Shown: positions 26,211-36,285, counted from the stretch's first letter. The stretch is DNA of 64,000 nt from an uncultured virus (IMG/VR IMGVR_UViG_3300029305_011606) (IMGVR_UViG_3300029305_011606), one strand, 5' to 3'. Notes: a model not told the origin generated them from the letters alone. Translations and numbers: made by a program.

Positions 26211-27458
26211 ATGAATACAGAAATGACGATCAAGCGATTGCCGGTGAGCATGCTCAAGCCGGCGAAATACAATCCTCGAAAGGATCTGAAGCCGGGCGAT
26301 CCAGCTTACGAGAAAATCAAGCGCAGCCTTCACGATTTCGGCTATGTCGATCCTGTTATCTGGAACGAGGTGACTGGCAACATCGTGGGCGGCCATCAGC
26401 GTTTTAAGGTGCTGACTGCCGAGGGTGCGACCGAGATCGACTGCGTGGTCGTTCACATCGAAAATCCGCAGGATGAAAAGGCTCTGAACATTGCGCTCAA
26501 CAAGGCGGTCGGTGAATGGGAGCCCAAGGCGCTGGCTGACCTGATCTCTGATCTCCAGCTTTCTGGCTACGATGTGGGCGCTACCGGCTTTGACGCTGCC
26601 GAGGTGGATGATCTGTTCTCCAAGGTCCATGATAAGGACGTGAAGGATGACAACACCAATCTGGATGCGGAAACGGTGGAGCCCTTTGTCAAGCCCGGCG
26701 ACCTGTGGATGCTGGGCCGACATCGCATGATCTGCGGCGATGCGACCAGCGAGGAGGACATCAACACCCTCATGGGGGATGTGAAGGCCAACCTCATCGT
26801 GACGGATCCGCCGTACAACGTGGCATACGAATCTGCGGATGGTAAGACCATCCAGAACGACAGCATGGAAGATGAAAAGTTCTACGCCTTCCTGCTTGCT
26901 GCTTTCCAGAACTGGCGGACACATCTGGCGGAAGGTGCGTCCGCTTATATTTTCCACGCGGATACGGAGGGGTTGAATTTCCGTCGCGCCTTTAAGGAGG
27001 CGGGCTTCCACATCAGCGGCGTGTGCATCTGGGTCAAGAACTCCCTAGTGCTGGGCCGCAGTCCGTATCAGTGGCAGCATGAGCCGGTTCTGTACGGATG
27101 GTTGCCCAACGGCAAGCATAAGTGGTTTGCTGATAGGAAGCAGACAACCATCTGGAACTACGACAAACCTAAGAACAGCAAGGCGCATCCCACCATGAAG
27201 CCTATCCCGCTTCTGGCTTATCCCATCAAAAACAGCTCTGCGCCCAACGGTGTGGTGCTGGATACCTTTGGCGGTTCCGGCAGTACGCTCATTGCCTGTG
27301 ATCAGACGGATCGCATTTGCTACACCTCTGAGCTTGACCCCAAGTATGCGTCTGTCATTGTGCTGCGGTACACGGAGGCGGCCGGAGCAGCGAATGTGTC
27401 TGTTCTCCGGGATGGAAAAACCATGACGCTGGAAGAGGTCATGGCTGAAAAGAACTGA
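26211..27458 (+). CDS. ParB-like domain + N4C/N6A DNA methyltransferase
   Basis: YNPRK..VGGHQR N-terminal domain; TDPPY, HPTMKP, DTFGGSGST. Confidence 0.92.
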   Translation: MNTEMTIKRLPVSMLKPAKYNPRKDLKPGDPAYEKIKRSLHDFGYVDPVIWNEVTGNIVGGHQRFKVLTAEGATEIDCVVVHIENPQDEKALNIALNKAVGEWEPKALADLISDLQLSGYDVGATGFDAAEVDDLFSKVHDKDVKDDNTNLDAETVEPFVKPGDLWMLGRHRMICGDATSEEDINTLMGDVKANLIVTDPPYNVAYESADGKTIQNDSMEDEKFYAFLLAAFQNWRTHLAEGASAYIFHADTEGLNFRRAFKEAGFHISGVCIWVKNSLVLGRSPYQWQHEPVLYGWLPNGKHKWFADRKQTTIWNYDKPKNSKAHPTMKPIPLLAYPIKNSSAPNGVVLDTFGGSGSTLIACDQTDRICYTSELDPKYASVIVLRYTEAAGAANVSVLRDGKTMTLEEVMAEKN

Positions 27459-27493
27459 GTTGTAAATGAAAACATAGGAAGGAGGTGCCGCCA

Positions 27494-27970
27494 ATGGCGA
27501 CCCGTGGCCGAAAGCCCAAGCCTACAGCTTTGAAGATGCTGGAAGGCAACCCCGGCAAACGTCCCCTGAACGAAAATGAGCCGAAGCCGCCCAAGGGAAC
27601 GATCCGCTGTCCGACCTGGCTCGAGGCGGAAGCGAAGAAGGAATGGAGGCGGCTGGCTCCGTCCCTGGAAGCTATGGGCGTACTGACCACCGCTGATATT
27701 ACCGCCTTCGCCGGTTACTGCCAGGCGTATGCCCGATGGAAGGAAGCGGAGGAGTTCATTACACAGCACGGTTCCATTTTCCAGACCCCGTCCGGCTATG
27801 TACAGCAGGTTCCACAGGTATCCATCGCCCAGCAGAACCTCAAGATCATGCAGTCTTTCTGCTCCGAGTTCGGTTTGACCCCGGCGACCCGATCCCGCAT
27901 TATTGCCGGCAATGGCGACAAGGTTGATGAGGACGACCCGATGGAGCTGCTTTTGAAGGGTGGTGGCTGA
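27494..27970 (+). CDS. terS: Terminase small subunit (P27 family)
   Basis: RGRKPKPT..LEGNPGKR, EFGLTPATR. Confidence 0.92.
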   Translation: MATRGRKPKPTALKMLEGNPGKRPLNENEPKPPKGTIRCPTWLEAEAKKEWRRLAPSLEAMGVLTTADITAFAGYCQAYARWKEAEEFITQHGSIFQTPSGYVQQVPQVSIAQQNLKIMQSFCSEFGLTPATRSRIIAGNGDKVDEDDPMELLLKGGG

Positions 27971-27971
27971 T

Positions 27972-29534
27972 ATGCCCTTCGATGAGCGAAAAGCCCAGCG
28001 TGTCGTGAAATTCATTGAGTGCCTCAAGCACACCAAGGGTGAGTTCCACGGCAAGCCCTTCATCCTTCTGCCTTGGCAGAGGAAGATCATCGAGGATGTG
28101 TTCGGCACTGTCCGGGATGATTATCCCGATATGCGCCAGTACAACACAGCCTACATTGAAATACCCAAGAAGAACGGAAAAAGTGAGCTGGGCGCGGCTC
28201 TTGCGCTCAATATGCTCACCAATGACGATGAATGGAAAGCGGAGGTTTACTCCTGCGCATCAGACCGCCAGCAGGCCGCCATCGTCTTTGACGTGGCGGT
28301 AGATATGGTTCGCCAGTCGCCGGCACTGAGCAAGCGCATCAAGATCATTCCGTCTGTGAAGCGTATGGTGTACCAGCCCACCGGTAGCATCTATCAGGTG
28401 CTGTCCAGTGAGGTTGCCACCAAGCACGGCCTGAATGTATCGGCCTGCATCTTTGATGAGCTGCACACCCAGCCAACCCGCGCCCTCTACGATGTTATGA
28501 CCCAAGGCTCCGGTGATGCCCGAAAGCAGCCCTTGTGGTTTTTCCTGACCACGGCAGGCACGGATCGCAACAGCATCTGCTGGGAGGTTCATCAAAAGGC
28601 GCTGGACATTCTGGAAGGTAGAAAACGCGATCCGCGCTTTTACCCGGTGATCTTCGGTTTGCCGGATGAAGCCGACTGGCAGGATGAAAAGAACTGGTAC
28701 TACGCCAATCCATCCCTTGACCAGACCATCTCCATCGAAAAGGTGCGGGATGCCTATAGAAAGGCGTTGGAGACGCCAGCCGACGAGAACATGTTTCGCC
28801 AACTCCGCCTAAATCAGTGGGTCAAGCAGTCCGTCCGCTGGATGCCGATGGACAAGTGGGATGAGTGCGGCGGCGTGGTCGATCCATACGAACTGGAAGG
28901 TCGGGCCTGTTATGCGGGACTCGACCTTTCGTCTACCACGGACCTCACGACCCTAGTTCTTGTGTTCCCGCCGACCGAGGAGGGCGGTCAGTTCATCGTG
29001 ATGCCCTTCTTCTGGCTGCCCGAGGATACGCTGCCCTTGCGCGTCCGGCGTGACCATGTCATGTACGATGTGTGGGAAAAGCAGAAATACCTTCTGACCA
29101 CCGAGGGCAATGTGGTGCATTACGGCTTCATCGAGCAATTCATCTGCGATCTGGGCGAACGGTACAACATCCGCGAGATCGTATTCGACCGCTGGAACAG
29201 CTCCATGATGGTACAGTCCCTTGAGGACGATGGTTTCACAATGGTGCCCTTCGGTCAGGGCTTCAAGGATATGAGTCCTCCGACCAAGGAGTTGATGCGC
29301 CTGGTGCTGGAGCATCGCATCTGCCACGGTGGGCATCCCATCCTCAGATGGAACATGGACAATGCCTATGTGCGCACCGATCCGGCCGGCAACGTGAAGC
29401 TGGATAAGGAGAAGTCCACAGAGAAGATCGACGGCGCGGTAGCAATGGTCATGGCGCTGGATCGGGCCATGAAGAACATGGGCGCCGGTGGTAGCATCTA
29501 CGATGAACGCGGTCTGCTGACCCTTGACTGGTGA
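27972..29534 (+). CDS. terL: Terminase large subunit
   Basis: IPKKNGKS Walker A, IFDELH, TTAG, GLDLS, KIDGAVA (alternative GTG start at 27960). Confidence 0.95.
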   Translation: MPFDERKAQRVVKFIECLKHTKGEFHGKPFILLPWQRKIIEDVFGTVRDDYPDMRQYNTAYIEIPKKNGKSELGAALALNMLTNDDEWKAEVYSCASDRQQAAIVFDVAVDMVRQSPALSKRIKIIPSVKRMVYQPTGSIYQVLSSEVATKHGLNVSACIFDELHTQPTRALYDVMTQGSGDARKQPLWFFLTTAGTDRNSICWEVHQKALDILEGRKRDPRFYPVIFGLPDEADWQDEKNWYYANPSLDQTISIEKVRDAYRKALETPADENMFRQLRLNQWVKQSVRWMPMDKWDECGGVVDPYELEGRACYAGLDLSSTTDLTTLVLVFPPTEEGGQFIVMPFFWLPEDTLPLRVRRDHVMYDVWEKQKYLLTTEGNVVHYGFIEQFICDLGERYNIREIVFDRWNSSMMVQSLEDDGFTMVPFGQGFKDMSPPTKELMRLVLEHRICHGGHPILRWNMDNAYVRTDPAGNVKLDKEKSTEKIDGAVAMVMALDRAMKNMGAGGSIYDERGLLTLDW

Positions 29535-29544
29535 GGTGAGCGAC

Positions 29545-29883
29545 ATGCCCAGAGCACCCAGACGGCCATGCCGCTTTCCCGGCTGTCCCAATCTCTGTAA
29601 CTCTGGTGTGTACTGTCCCGACCACCAGCGTTTTTCTACGGATGCGGTTCGTGGAGGCGCAGACGCCCGAGGTTATAACTCCAAGTGGCGCAGAGAACGC
29701 GAAGACTATCTCCGAAAGAACCCTCTGTGCGCTGAGTGCAGGAGGAATGGCAAGCTGTCTCCGGCGACAGTGGTTGATCATATCATCCCACATCGTGGAA
29801 ACCAGAAGCTATTCTGGGAACGCACCAATTGGCAGCCGTTATGCAAGGATTGTCATGACAAAAAGACCGGCAGCGGTCAGTGA
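29545..29883 (+). CDS. HNH endonuclease (terminase cofactor type)
   Basis: PLCAEC..VDHIIPH.G...NWQPLCKDCHDKKT. Confidence 0.9.
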   Translation: MPRAPRRPCRFPGCPNLCNSGVYCPDHQRFSTDAVRGGADARGYNSKWRREREDYLRKNPLCAECRRNGKLSPATVVDHIIPHRGNQKLFWERTNWQPLCKDCHDKKTGSGQ

Positions 29884-30082
29884 CCGACACCGGCTGACAT
29901 ATGGCGGTATATGCGGCAAGATGGCCGCTATTTTTGTGCCCGAATGCGCCGATTTCAAGCAATTTCAGCCCATTTTCGGGCGTTAATTGCCCGATATGCG
30001 CTCAAAACAGGCGAAACACCCGCTGAAACTGCCGATATTCGGCAAGATACGCCCCAATACGGGCAAGACCGAGGTGATATCC

Positions 30083-31471
30083 ATGAAAAATCCCCTGAAG
30101 GGCTTGTTCAAGGCCCGAGACAAGCCCCAAAACGCTGTCAGCAGCGCATTGTCCTTTTTCTTCGGCAGTTCCGTATCCGGCAAGTCCGTCAATCCGCGAA
30201 ATGCAATCCAGATGACCACAGTGTATGCCTGTGTCAGGGTGATCGCTGAGACGATCGCCTCTTTGCCGCTGGCGGTCTATGAGGATACTGGCGATGGAAG
30301 CCATAAAGCAGTGGAACATCCGCTGTACCGACTGATCCATGATGAACCGAACACCGAAATGACCTCCTTTGTTTGGCGAGAGACCATGCTGACGCACCTG
30401 CTCCTATGGGGCAATTCTTACTGCCAGATCATCCGAAGCGGCCGGGCAAAGATCATCGGGCTGTATCCGCTGCTCCCTGACCGCATGGAGGTAGACCGCG
30501 ACAAGTCCGGCAAGCTGACCTATACCTACACCAATTCGGAAGGCCAGCAGACGCAGCTCCGTCCCGAGGATATACTGCATATTCCAGGTCTGGGCTTTGA
30601 TGGCATCGTCGGTTACAGTCCCATTGCGCTGGAGAAGAACGCCATTGGCCTTGGTATTTCCGCAGAGGAATACGGCTCGAAATTTTTCCAGAACGGGGCA
30701 CGTCCTTCCGGTGTTCTGACACACCCCAATACGGTGAAAGACCCGAAGCGTCTGCGCGATAGCTGGAACGCTGCCTATGGCGGTTCGTCCAACGGCGCCA
30801 AGGTTGCGGTGCTGGAGGAGGCCATGACCTTCTCTCCGATTTCCATGCCGAATAATGAGGCGCAGTTCTTGGAAACCCGTAAATTTCAGGTCGAGGAGAT
30901 CTGCCGCATTTATCGTGTGCCGCCCCATCTGGTGGGCAATCTGGAACGCGCCACGTTCTCCAATATTGAGAACCAGTCTATCGACTTTGCGGTACACACC
31001 ATCCGCCCCTGGCTGATCCGCATTGAGCAGGGCATGAACCGCGCTCTGTTCCCGGAAAACGAGAAGGGCAAGTTCTATGTGCAGTTCAATTTGGATGGCC
31101 TCATGCGCGGCGACTATAAGTCCCGCATGGAAGGGTACGCCATTGCCCGCCAGAACGGCTGGATGAATGCCAACGATATCCGCAATCTGGAAAACCTGAA
31201 TCCCATCCCGGAAGAGGAAGGCGGTAACACCTACCTCATCAACGGCAACATGATTCCCATTTCGCTCTGCGGTGTGTCTGCATTGCTCAATGCGGTCGCT
31301 GCTGTCGAAACGGCGGAACAGGGCGTCGGGGAAACGGAGACAGATGGCACGGAAAAGACGGAGCAGACCGATCAGCCGCCTGAGAAGCATAATGACACGA
31401 AGAAGGGACAGCCCCAGAAGAACACGAGGCGCACTACCAACAGGCGCCCTCGGAAGGAGCCAAACCAATGA
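30083..31471 (+). CDS. HK97-family portal protein
   Basis: VYACVRVIAETIASLPL, GYSPI, QFLETRKFQVEEICRIYRVPPH. Confidence 0.95.
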   Translation: MKNPLKGLFKARDKPQNAVSSALSFFFGSSVSGKSVNPRNAIQMTTVYACVRVIAETIASLPLAVYEDTGDGSHKAVEHPLYRLIHDEPNTEMTSFVWRETMLTHLLLWGNSYCQIIRSGRAKIIGLYPLLPDRMEVDRDKSGKLTYTYTNSEGQQTQLRPEDILHIPGLGFDGIVGYSPIALEKNAIGLGISAEEYGSKFFQNGARPSGVLTHPNTVKDPKRLRDSWNAAYGGSSNGAKVAVLEEAMTFSPISMPNNEAQFLETRKFQVEEICRIYRVPPHLVGNLERATFSNIENQSIDFAVHTIRPWLIRIEQGMNRALFPENEKGKFYVQFNLDGLMRGDYKSRMEGYAIARQNGWMNANDIRNLENLNPIPEEEGGNTYLINGNMIPISLCGVSALLNAVAAVETAEQGVGETETDGTEKTEQTDQPPEKHNDTKKGQPQKNTRRTTNRRPRKEPNQ

Positions 31472-33471
31472 ACGAACAACTGACTTTGGGCAGTCTCTTT
31501 GATGGGATCGGAGGATTTCCGCTGGCTGGCATTTACGCCGGCATCAAGCCTGTATGGGCTTCGGAGATCGAACCGTTCCCGATCAGGGTGACCACAAAGC
31601 GACTGCCTGAAATGATGCACCTGGGCGACATTCATCGGCTCAACGGTGCAGAGCTTCCCCCGGTGGATTTGATCACATTCGGCTCACCCTGCCAGAATCT
31701 CTCCATCGCAGGGAAGCGCAGCGGCCTTGACGGTGAGCAATCCTCACTGTTCTTTGAGGCCATTCGAGTGATCAAGGAAATGAGGGAAGCGACCAATGGA
31801 CAATATCCGAAATGGGCTGTCTGGGAAAACGTGCCGGGTGCTCTGTCCTCGGCAGAGGGAAGGGATTTCTGTGAAGTCCTCCGGCAGCTCATATCCATCT
31901 GCGAAGGAGAAGCAGATGTTCCTATGCCGGACAACGGCAAGTGGTTGTCAGCCGGGGAGATCATGGGAGATTCTTATTCCGTCGCGTGGCGGATCATTGA
32001 CGCCGCGCAGGGTTGGGGTGTCGCACAAAGACGGAAACGTCTATTTGCTGTCCTCGATCTTACAGCCGGACGCGCCGGAAAGGTTCTCTTTGAGTCCGAA
32101 GGCGTGTCAGGGTATTCTCCGCCGCGCCCAGAAGCGGGGCAAGGAGCTGCCCAAGGTGCTGAAGGATGCGCTGGAACGTCAGGCCAGGGCGGAGGAGTAA
32201 CGGCTTCAGGCTTTTGTACGGAGCACAGTGCCGACAGCCGTGGAATCGGCTACGAGGAAGAACGCTCTCCGACTCTTCGGGCAGGCGTGGTACCAGGCAT
32301 CGCCATTGAGTACAACCCAACCGACAGCCGCATTAAAATGAAGGATGATGGCATTTGCCAGACACTTACGGCGAGGTGTGGTACCGGGGGCAATACCGTG
32401 CCGCTGACGCTTGCACAGCCCGTAGCCTTTGGGATCAGTTCTGATCAGAGCAACGCCATGCTTTCTGCCAATCCCCACGCCGGGATCTATGAAGCAGAAA
32501 CCAGCCGGACCATTGACTGCAATGGCGGAACGCCGTGCTGCAATCAGGGCGGGATAGCGGTTGTAGAGACATATGCCATCCAAGGGAATATGATCGGCAG
32601 GAAGGACGAGAATGGTCCTCGCGGCACAGGGGTAAACAAGGAAGTCGCATATACGCTCAATACCATCGATCAGCAGGCCGTGTGTGCTGTGTGTCAAGAG
32701 CCCCCGGTCGCTTTTACCCAGAATCAGCGGGATGAAGTGCGTGATCTGGGTGATCAGTCCGGCGCGCTAGCTGCACAGCCCGGTATTCATCAGCAGACCT
32801 TTGTGGCGCAGCCTGCCTATTCGGTTCGTACTACAGTGGGTACTGAGATTGATGAAGAGAAATCTGCTCCCATACGAGCCAGAGACTTCAAAGATCCTCC
32901 TTTGGTGGGCGCTCCGTCGTACTGCATGACTGTGGGAAGCTATGGACATGTAGCAACAGAAAAAACGCCCACATTGGAAGCTCGCGGATATAAAGACCCG
33001 CCTGTTGTAGGAAAACCTGAGAAGGAAATCGGTCAGGCACTGCGCACCACTGTTTCAGGCAGGAATGTGTTTGGCACTTTGGAAGCAAGTATGGCTTCGA
33101 AGCAGTGGCTGGGCAATCAGGAGGCTTTCACAGGCGATTTTCATATTCTCGAACTTGATTACACTGTACGAAGGCTCACTCCCTTGGAGTGCTGCCGTTT
33201 GCAGGGCTATCCTGACGGCTGGACGGAAAATCTCGGAACAGAGGAGCCCTCAGAGCAGGAAATTGCTTGGTGGTCTGGGGTGTTCGAGGAGTGGAATGCC
33301 GCCCAGGGGAAGAACACTTCAGTAACCCGCAACCGTGTGATCAAGTGGCTCAAAGACCCGCGCTCCGATGCTGCGGAGTACAAGGCGTATGGCAACAGCG
33401 TGGCTGTCCCGTGCGTCTTTTTTGTTCTCGCTGGCATCGTGTGGGCGGAGAAAGGAGGACAAAACCCGTGA
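31468..33471 (+). CDS. DNA (cytosine-5) methyltransferase with long repetitive variable region
   Basis: LFDGIGG, GSPCQ, WENV, QRRKR, RRLTPLECCRLQG, GNSV. Confidence 0.93.
   Translation: MNEQLTLGSLFDGIGGFPLAGIYAGIKPVWASEIEPFPIRVTTKRLPEMMHLGDIHRLNGAELPPVDLITFGSPCQNLSIAGKRSGLDGEQSSLFFEAIRVIKEMREATNGQYPKWAVWENVPGALSSAEGRDFCEVLRQLISICEGEADVPMPDNGKWLSAGEIMGDSYSVAWRIIDAAQGWGVAQRRKRLFAVLDLTAGRAGKVLFESEGVSGYSPPRPEAGQGAAQGAEGCAGTSGQGGGVTASGFCTEHSADSRGIGYEEERSPTLRAGVVPGIAIEYNPTDSRIKMKDDGICQTLTARCGTGGNTVPLTLAQPVAFGISSDQSNAMLSANPHAGIYEAETSRTIDCNGGTPCCNQGGIAVVETYAIQGNMIGRKDENGPRGTGVNKEVAYTLNTIDQQAVCAVCQEPPVAFTQNQRDEVRDLGDQSGALAAQPGIHQQTFVAQPAYSVRTTVGTEIDEEKSAPIRARDFKDPPLVGAPSYCMTVGSYGHVATEKTPTLEARGYKDPPVVGKPEKEIGQALRTTVSGRNVFGTLEASMASKQWLGNQEAFTGDFHILELDYTVRRLTPLECCRLQGYPDGWTENLGTEEPSEQEIAWWSGVFEEWNAAQGKNTSVTRNRVIKWLKDPRSDAAEYKAYGNSVAVPCVFFVLAGIVWAEKGGQNP
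31796..32200 (+). CDS. Putative overprinted (alternative-frame) protein inside the C5-MTase gene
   Basis: 134-aa open alternative frame; GAGGGA 8 nt before ATG; C-terminal LSSILQ..FSLSPKACQGILRRA..RGKELP motif. Confidence 0.55.
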   Translation: MDNIRNGLSGKTCRVLCPRQREGISVKSSGSSYPSAKEKQMFLCRTTASGCQPGRSWEILIPSRGGSLTPRRVGVSHKDGNVYLLSSILQPDAPERFSLSPKACQGILRRAQKRGKELPKVLKDALERQARAEE

Positions 33472-34379
33472 GAGAGATCAACCTCAACGGCTACATTGAT
33501 GAAGAAGTGTGGTTTGGAGATGAAATCACCCCTGAGGCCCTGCATGAAGTCCTGTACGGATTGGATGGTCAGGCAAGGGATGATGTTCACATCTACCTGA
33601 ATTCTTACGGCGGAAGCTGCAACGCTGCGACCCGCATGTTCGATGATCTTCGCGCCTATCCGGGCAACGTGGCCATCACCATTTCCGGCACAGCGGCTTC
33701 GGCTGCTACGGTCATGGCGATGGCAGCCAACCGTCTTGAAATGACTCCGGGCAGTCTGTTCATGATCCATGATCCCATCGTAGGTACGGTGGGCAACGAG
33801 CATGAGCTGATGGACGCCATTCGCCTGCTCCGAGCCTGCAAGGACTCTATCCTCAATGTCTATGCGGTTCGCTGTCGCGCCAGTCGGAACGATGTGGCGG
33901 ACAAGATGACCGCGACCTGCTGGATGGACGCACAGGCGGCCTTGGCAGACGGTTTCATCGATGGCATCACGGATGGCATCCGCGTCGGCGCTGCCCTCAA
34001 CACCATCGAACCCCACATCGTGGATCAGGCAGAAGCCGAGCAGAAGGTTCAGGCGTGGATAGACCGAAAGACCGTCCGGCTTTCCCATTCCACACGGAAT
34101 GTTGACATACAGCCCCAGCAGGAGGAGAAGCCTTCAGAGCAGGTCGAAGAAGTTCTGACCAGTGTGCCTGAAGAAACTGTTTCTGCCTCTGAACCCGAAC
34201 TCTCAGTTCAGGTAGAGCCTGTGTCTGACACAGTGGCTGAGGAACACAGAGTTCCGACAGAGACTGCTTCTGACACACATCGGCCCGATAACCCAAAAAC
34301 TGAACAGCCGGAAAATGCCGGCACCCCTGCAGCCCAGCTTCACAAGAGGCTGGGTTTAATTATGCCCTCGTGGCGATGA
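33468..34379 (+). CDS. ClpP-type head maturation protease
   Basis: NSYGG, AASAA, MIHDP, WMDA..A..GFID; RBS AGGAGG. Confidence 0.92.
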   Translation: MREINLNGYIDEEVWFGDEITPEALHEVLYGLDGQARDDVHIYLNSYGGSCNAATRMFDDLRAYPGNVAITISGTAASAATVMAMAANRLEMTPGSLFMIHDPIVGTVGNEHELMDAIRLLRACKDSILNVYAVRCRASRNDVADKMTATCWMDAQAALADGFIDGITDGIRVGAALNTIEPHIVDQAEAEQKVQAWIDRKTVRLSHSTRNVDIQPQQEEKPSEQVEEVLTSVPEETVSASEPELSVQVEPVSDTVAEEHRVPTETASDTHRPDNPKTEQPENAGTPAAQLHKRLGLIMPSWR

Positions 34380-34396
34380 ACAAGGAGGATTTTCCT

Positions 34397-35596
34397 ATGA
34401 GTAAGGTTCTTGAAATGCGCCGCAAGCGCGGCGAGGTCTGGGATCGCGCCAAGGCGTTCCTGACTGCCCATGAAGATGAAAACGGCATGCTCTCTGCCGA
34501 GGACACCGAACAGTACGAGCGCATGGAGAAGGAGGTTGTTGACCTCGGTCATGCCATCGAGCGTCTGGAACGCGCCGAGGAAATGGATCGCCTGATGGAT
34601 GCGCCCACTTCCAGTGTCCTGACCTCTCGCCCTGAAAAGGCGCAGACCCGCAAGCAGGGCCTCGCATCCGATGAGTACAAGAAGGCGTTCTGGGGACGTA
34701 TGCGTGATGAAGTGCGCTATTCCGATGTCCGTGATGCGCTGCAGGTCGGTACCCAGAGTGAAGGTGGCTATACCGTCCCGGATGAGTTCGAACACCAGCT
34801 GGTGCAGGGCTTGGAGGAAGAAAACATCATGCGCGGCATCGTGCATGTGATCACCACTTCCTCCGGCGACCGCAAGATTCCCCTGGTGACTGCCAAGGGC
34901 TCCGCCTCCTGGGTGGAGGAAGAGGCCCAGATCCCCGAGAGCGATGACACCTTCGGTCAGATCATGCTGGGCGCGCACAAGCTGGCCACCATGATCCGCA
35001 TCTCCGAAGAGTTGCTCCACGACTCTGCGTTCAATCTGGAGGCATACATCGCCGGTGAGTTCTCCCGCCGTGTGGGTGCTGCCGAGGAGGAAGCTATCCT
35101 GACTGGAGACGGCAACCACAAGCCCACCGGCCTTCTGCACGCCACCCTGGGCGCAGAGCTGGGCGTGACCGCTGCCTCCGCTACCGCCCTGACTGCGGAT
35201 GAACTGATCGACCTACAGCATTCCCTCAAGTCCGGCTACCGTCGCAAGGCGTACTGGATCATGAACGATGCGACCATCAAGCTCCTGCGCAAGCTCAAGG
35301 ACGGCAACTCTCAGTATATCTGGCAGCCCGGCCTTCTGGCTGGTCAGCCTGATACTCTGCTGAACCAGAAGGTTCTGACCTCCAGCTTTATGCCCCTGCC
35401 CACCGCAGGCAACAAGGCCATCCTGTACGGTGACTTCAGCTACTATTGGCTGGCTGACCGTGAGGGTCGCTCTCTTCAGCGTCTGTCTGAGCTGTACGCT
35501 GCTACCGATCAGGTGGGCTTCAAGATGACCCAGCGCGTGGACGGTCGTCTGATCCTGCCCGAAGCGGTCAAGTGTCTGGCCATGAAGTCCACCTGA
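34397..35596 (+). CDS. HK97-family major capsid protein
   Basis: Coiled-coil delta domain, EGGYTVPDEF, ISEELLHDS, YGDFSYY, RVDG. Confidence 0.95.
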   Translation: MSKVLEMRRKRGEVWDRAKAFLTAHEDENGMLSAEDTEQYERMEKEVVDLGHAIERLERAEEMDRLMDAPTSSVLTSRPEKAQTRKQGLASDEYKKAFWGRMRDEVRYSDVRDALQVGTQSEGGYTVPDEFEHQLVQGLEEENIMRGIVHVITTSSGDRKIPLVTAKGSASWVEEEAQIPESDDTFGQIMLGAHKLATMIRISEELLHDSAFNLEAYIAGEFSRRVGAAEEEAILTGDGNHKPTGLLHATLGAELGVTAASATALTADELIDLQHSLKSGYRRKAYWIMNDATIKLLRKLKDGNSQYIWQPGLLAGQPDTLLNQKVLTSSFMPLPTAGNKAILYGDFSYYWLADREGRSLQRLSELYAATDQVGFKMTQRVDGRLILPEAVKCLAMKST

Positions 35597-35674
35597 TAAC
35601 CCGACAGACCAGTAACCTATAACAACTACGGAGCCGTCCTGCGTGGCGGCTCCCATTTTGGAGGAATTGTGTGA

Positions 35675-36004
35675 ATGTCGTACAACGCAAAAAACTACTT
35701 CGCACATGGCGGCAGCGAACTCGTGATCGGCGGGCGGCTCACTTTTCTGCCCGGCGCATCCGTCGAAGGCATCGAGGGCCTGTTCGATATCGCCAGTGGC
35801 GAAGCGCCTGGTTTGCCCTATATGGCAGACAGCGAAGCGACAACGGTCGCCGCACTGCGCGAAAACTTCAACAGTCTGCTGGCTGCCCTCCGCATGGTGG
35901 GTATTCTGGCAGCTGAACCGGCTGTGGTAGAGCAGACGGAGGAAGCTGAAATTGCTGGTGTCTCCGAGCAGGATGATGCCGCTGTATCGGGTGATGAACC
36001 GTGA
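35675..36004 (+). CDS. Head fiber/decoration-like protein
   Basis: YNAKNY...VIGG.L; ADSEATTVAALRENFNSLLAALR. Confidence 0.75.
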   Translation: MSYNAKNYFAHGGSELVIGGRLTFLPGASVEGIEGLFDIASGEAPGLPYMADSEATTVAALRENFNSLLAALRMVGILAAEPAVVEQTEEAEIAGVSEQDDAAVSGDEP

Positions 36005-36285
36005 TCATCTCCGTTGACCAGGTGAAGGAGCACCTCCGCATCCAGCATGAGGAAGAGGACAGCTATATCGACAGTATCATTCAGCAGGCGCAAGCCGCTG
36101 CCGAGGATTACTGCCGGGTGTCATTTGAGGATGGGGCGCCTGAATCTGTGCGGCTGGCTGTGATGCTCATGGTCAGCCATTACTACGAAAACCGGGACAA
36201 TGCAGACAGACAGGTGTATCTCACCATGCGTACAGCTTTTGAGAATCTCCTGTACCCGCATCGTGATCCCGACAAAATGTTCTGA
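36001..36285 (+). CDS. Head-tail connector (gp6-like)
   Basis: VKEHLRI..EED...HYYENR. Confidence 0.9.
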   Translation: MIISVDQVKEHLRIQHEEEDSYIDSIIQQAQAAAEDYCRVSFEDGAPESVRLAVMLMVSHYYENRDNADRQVYLTMRTAFENLLYPHRDPDKMF

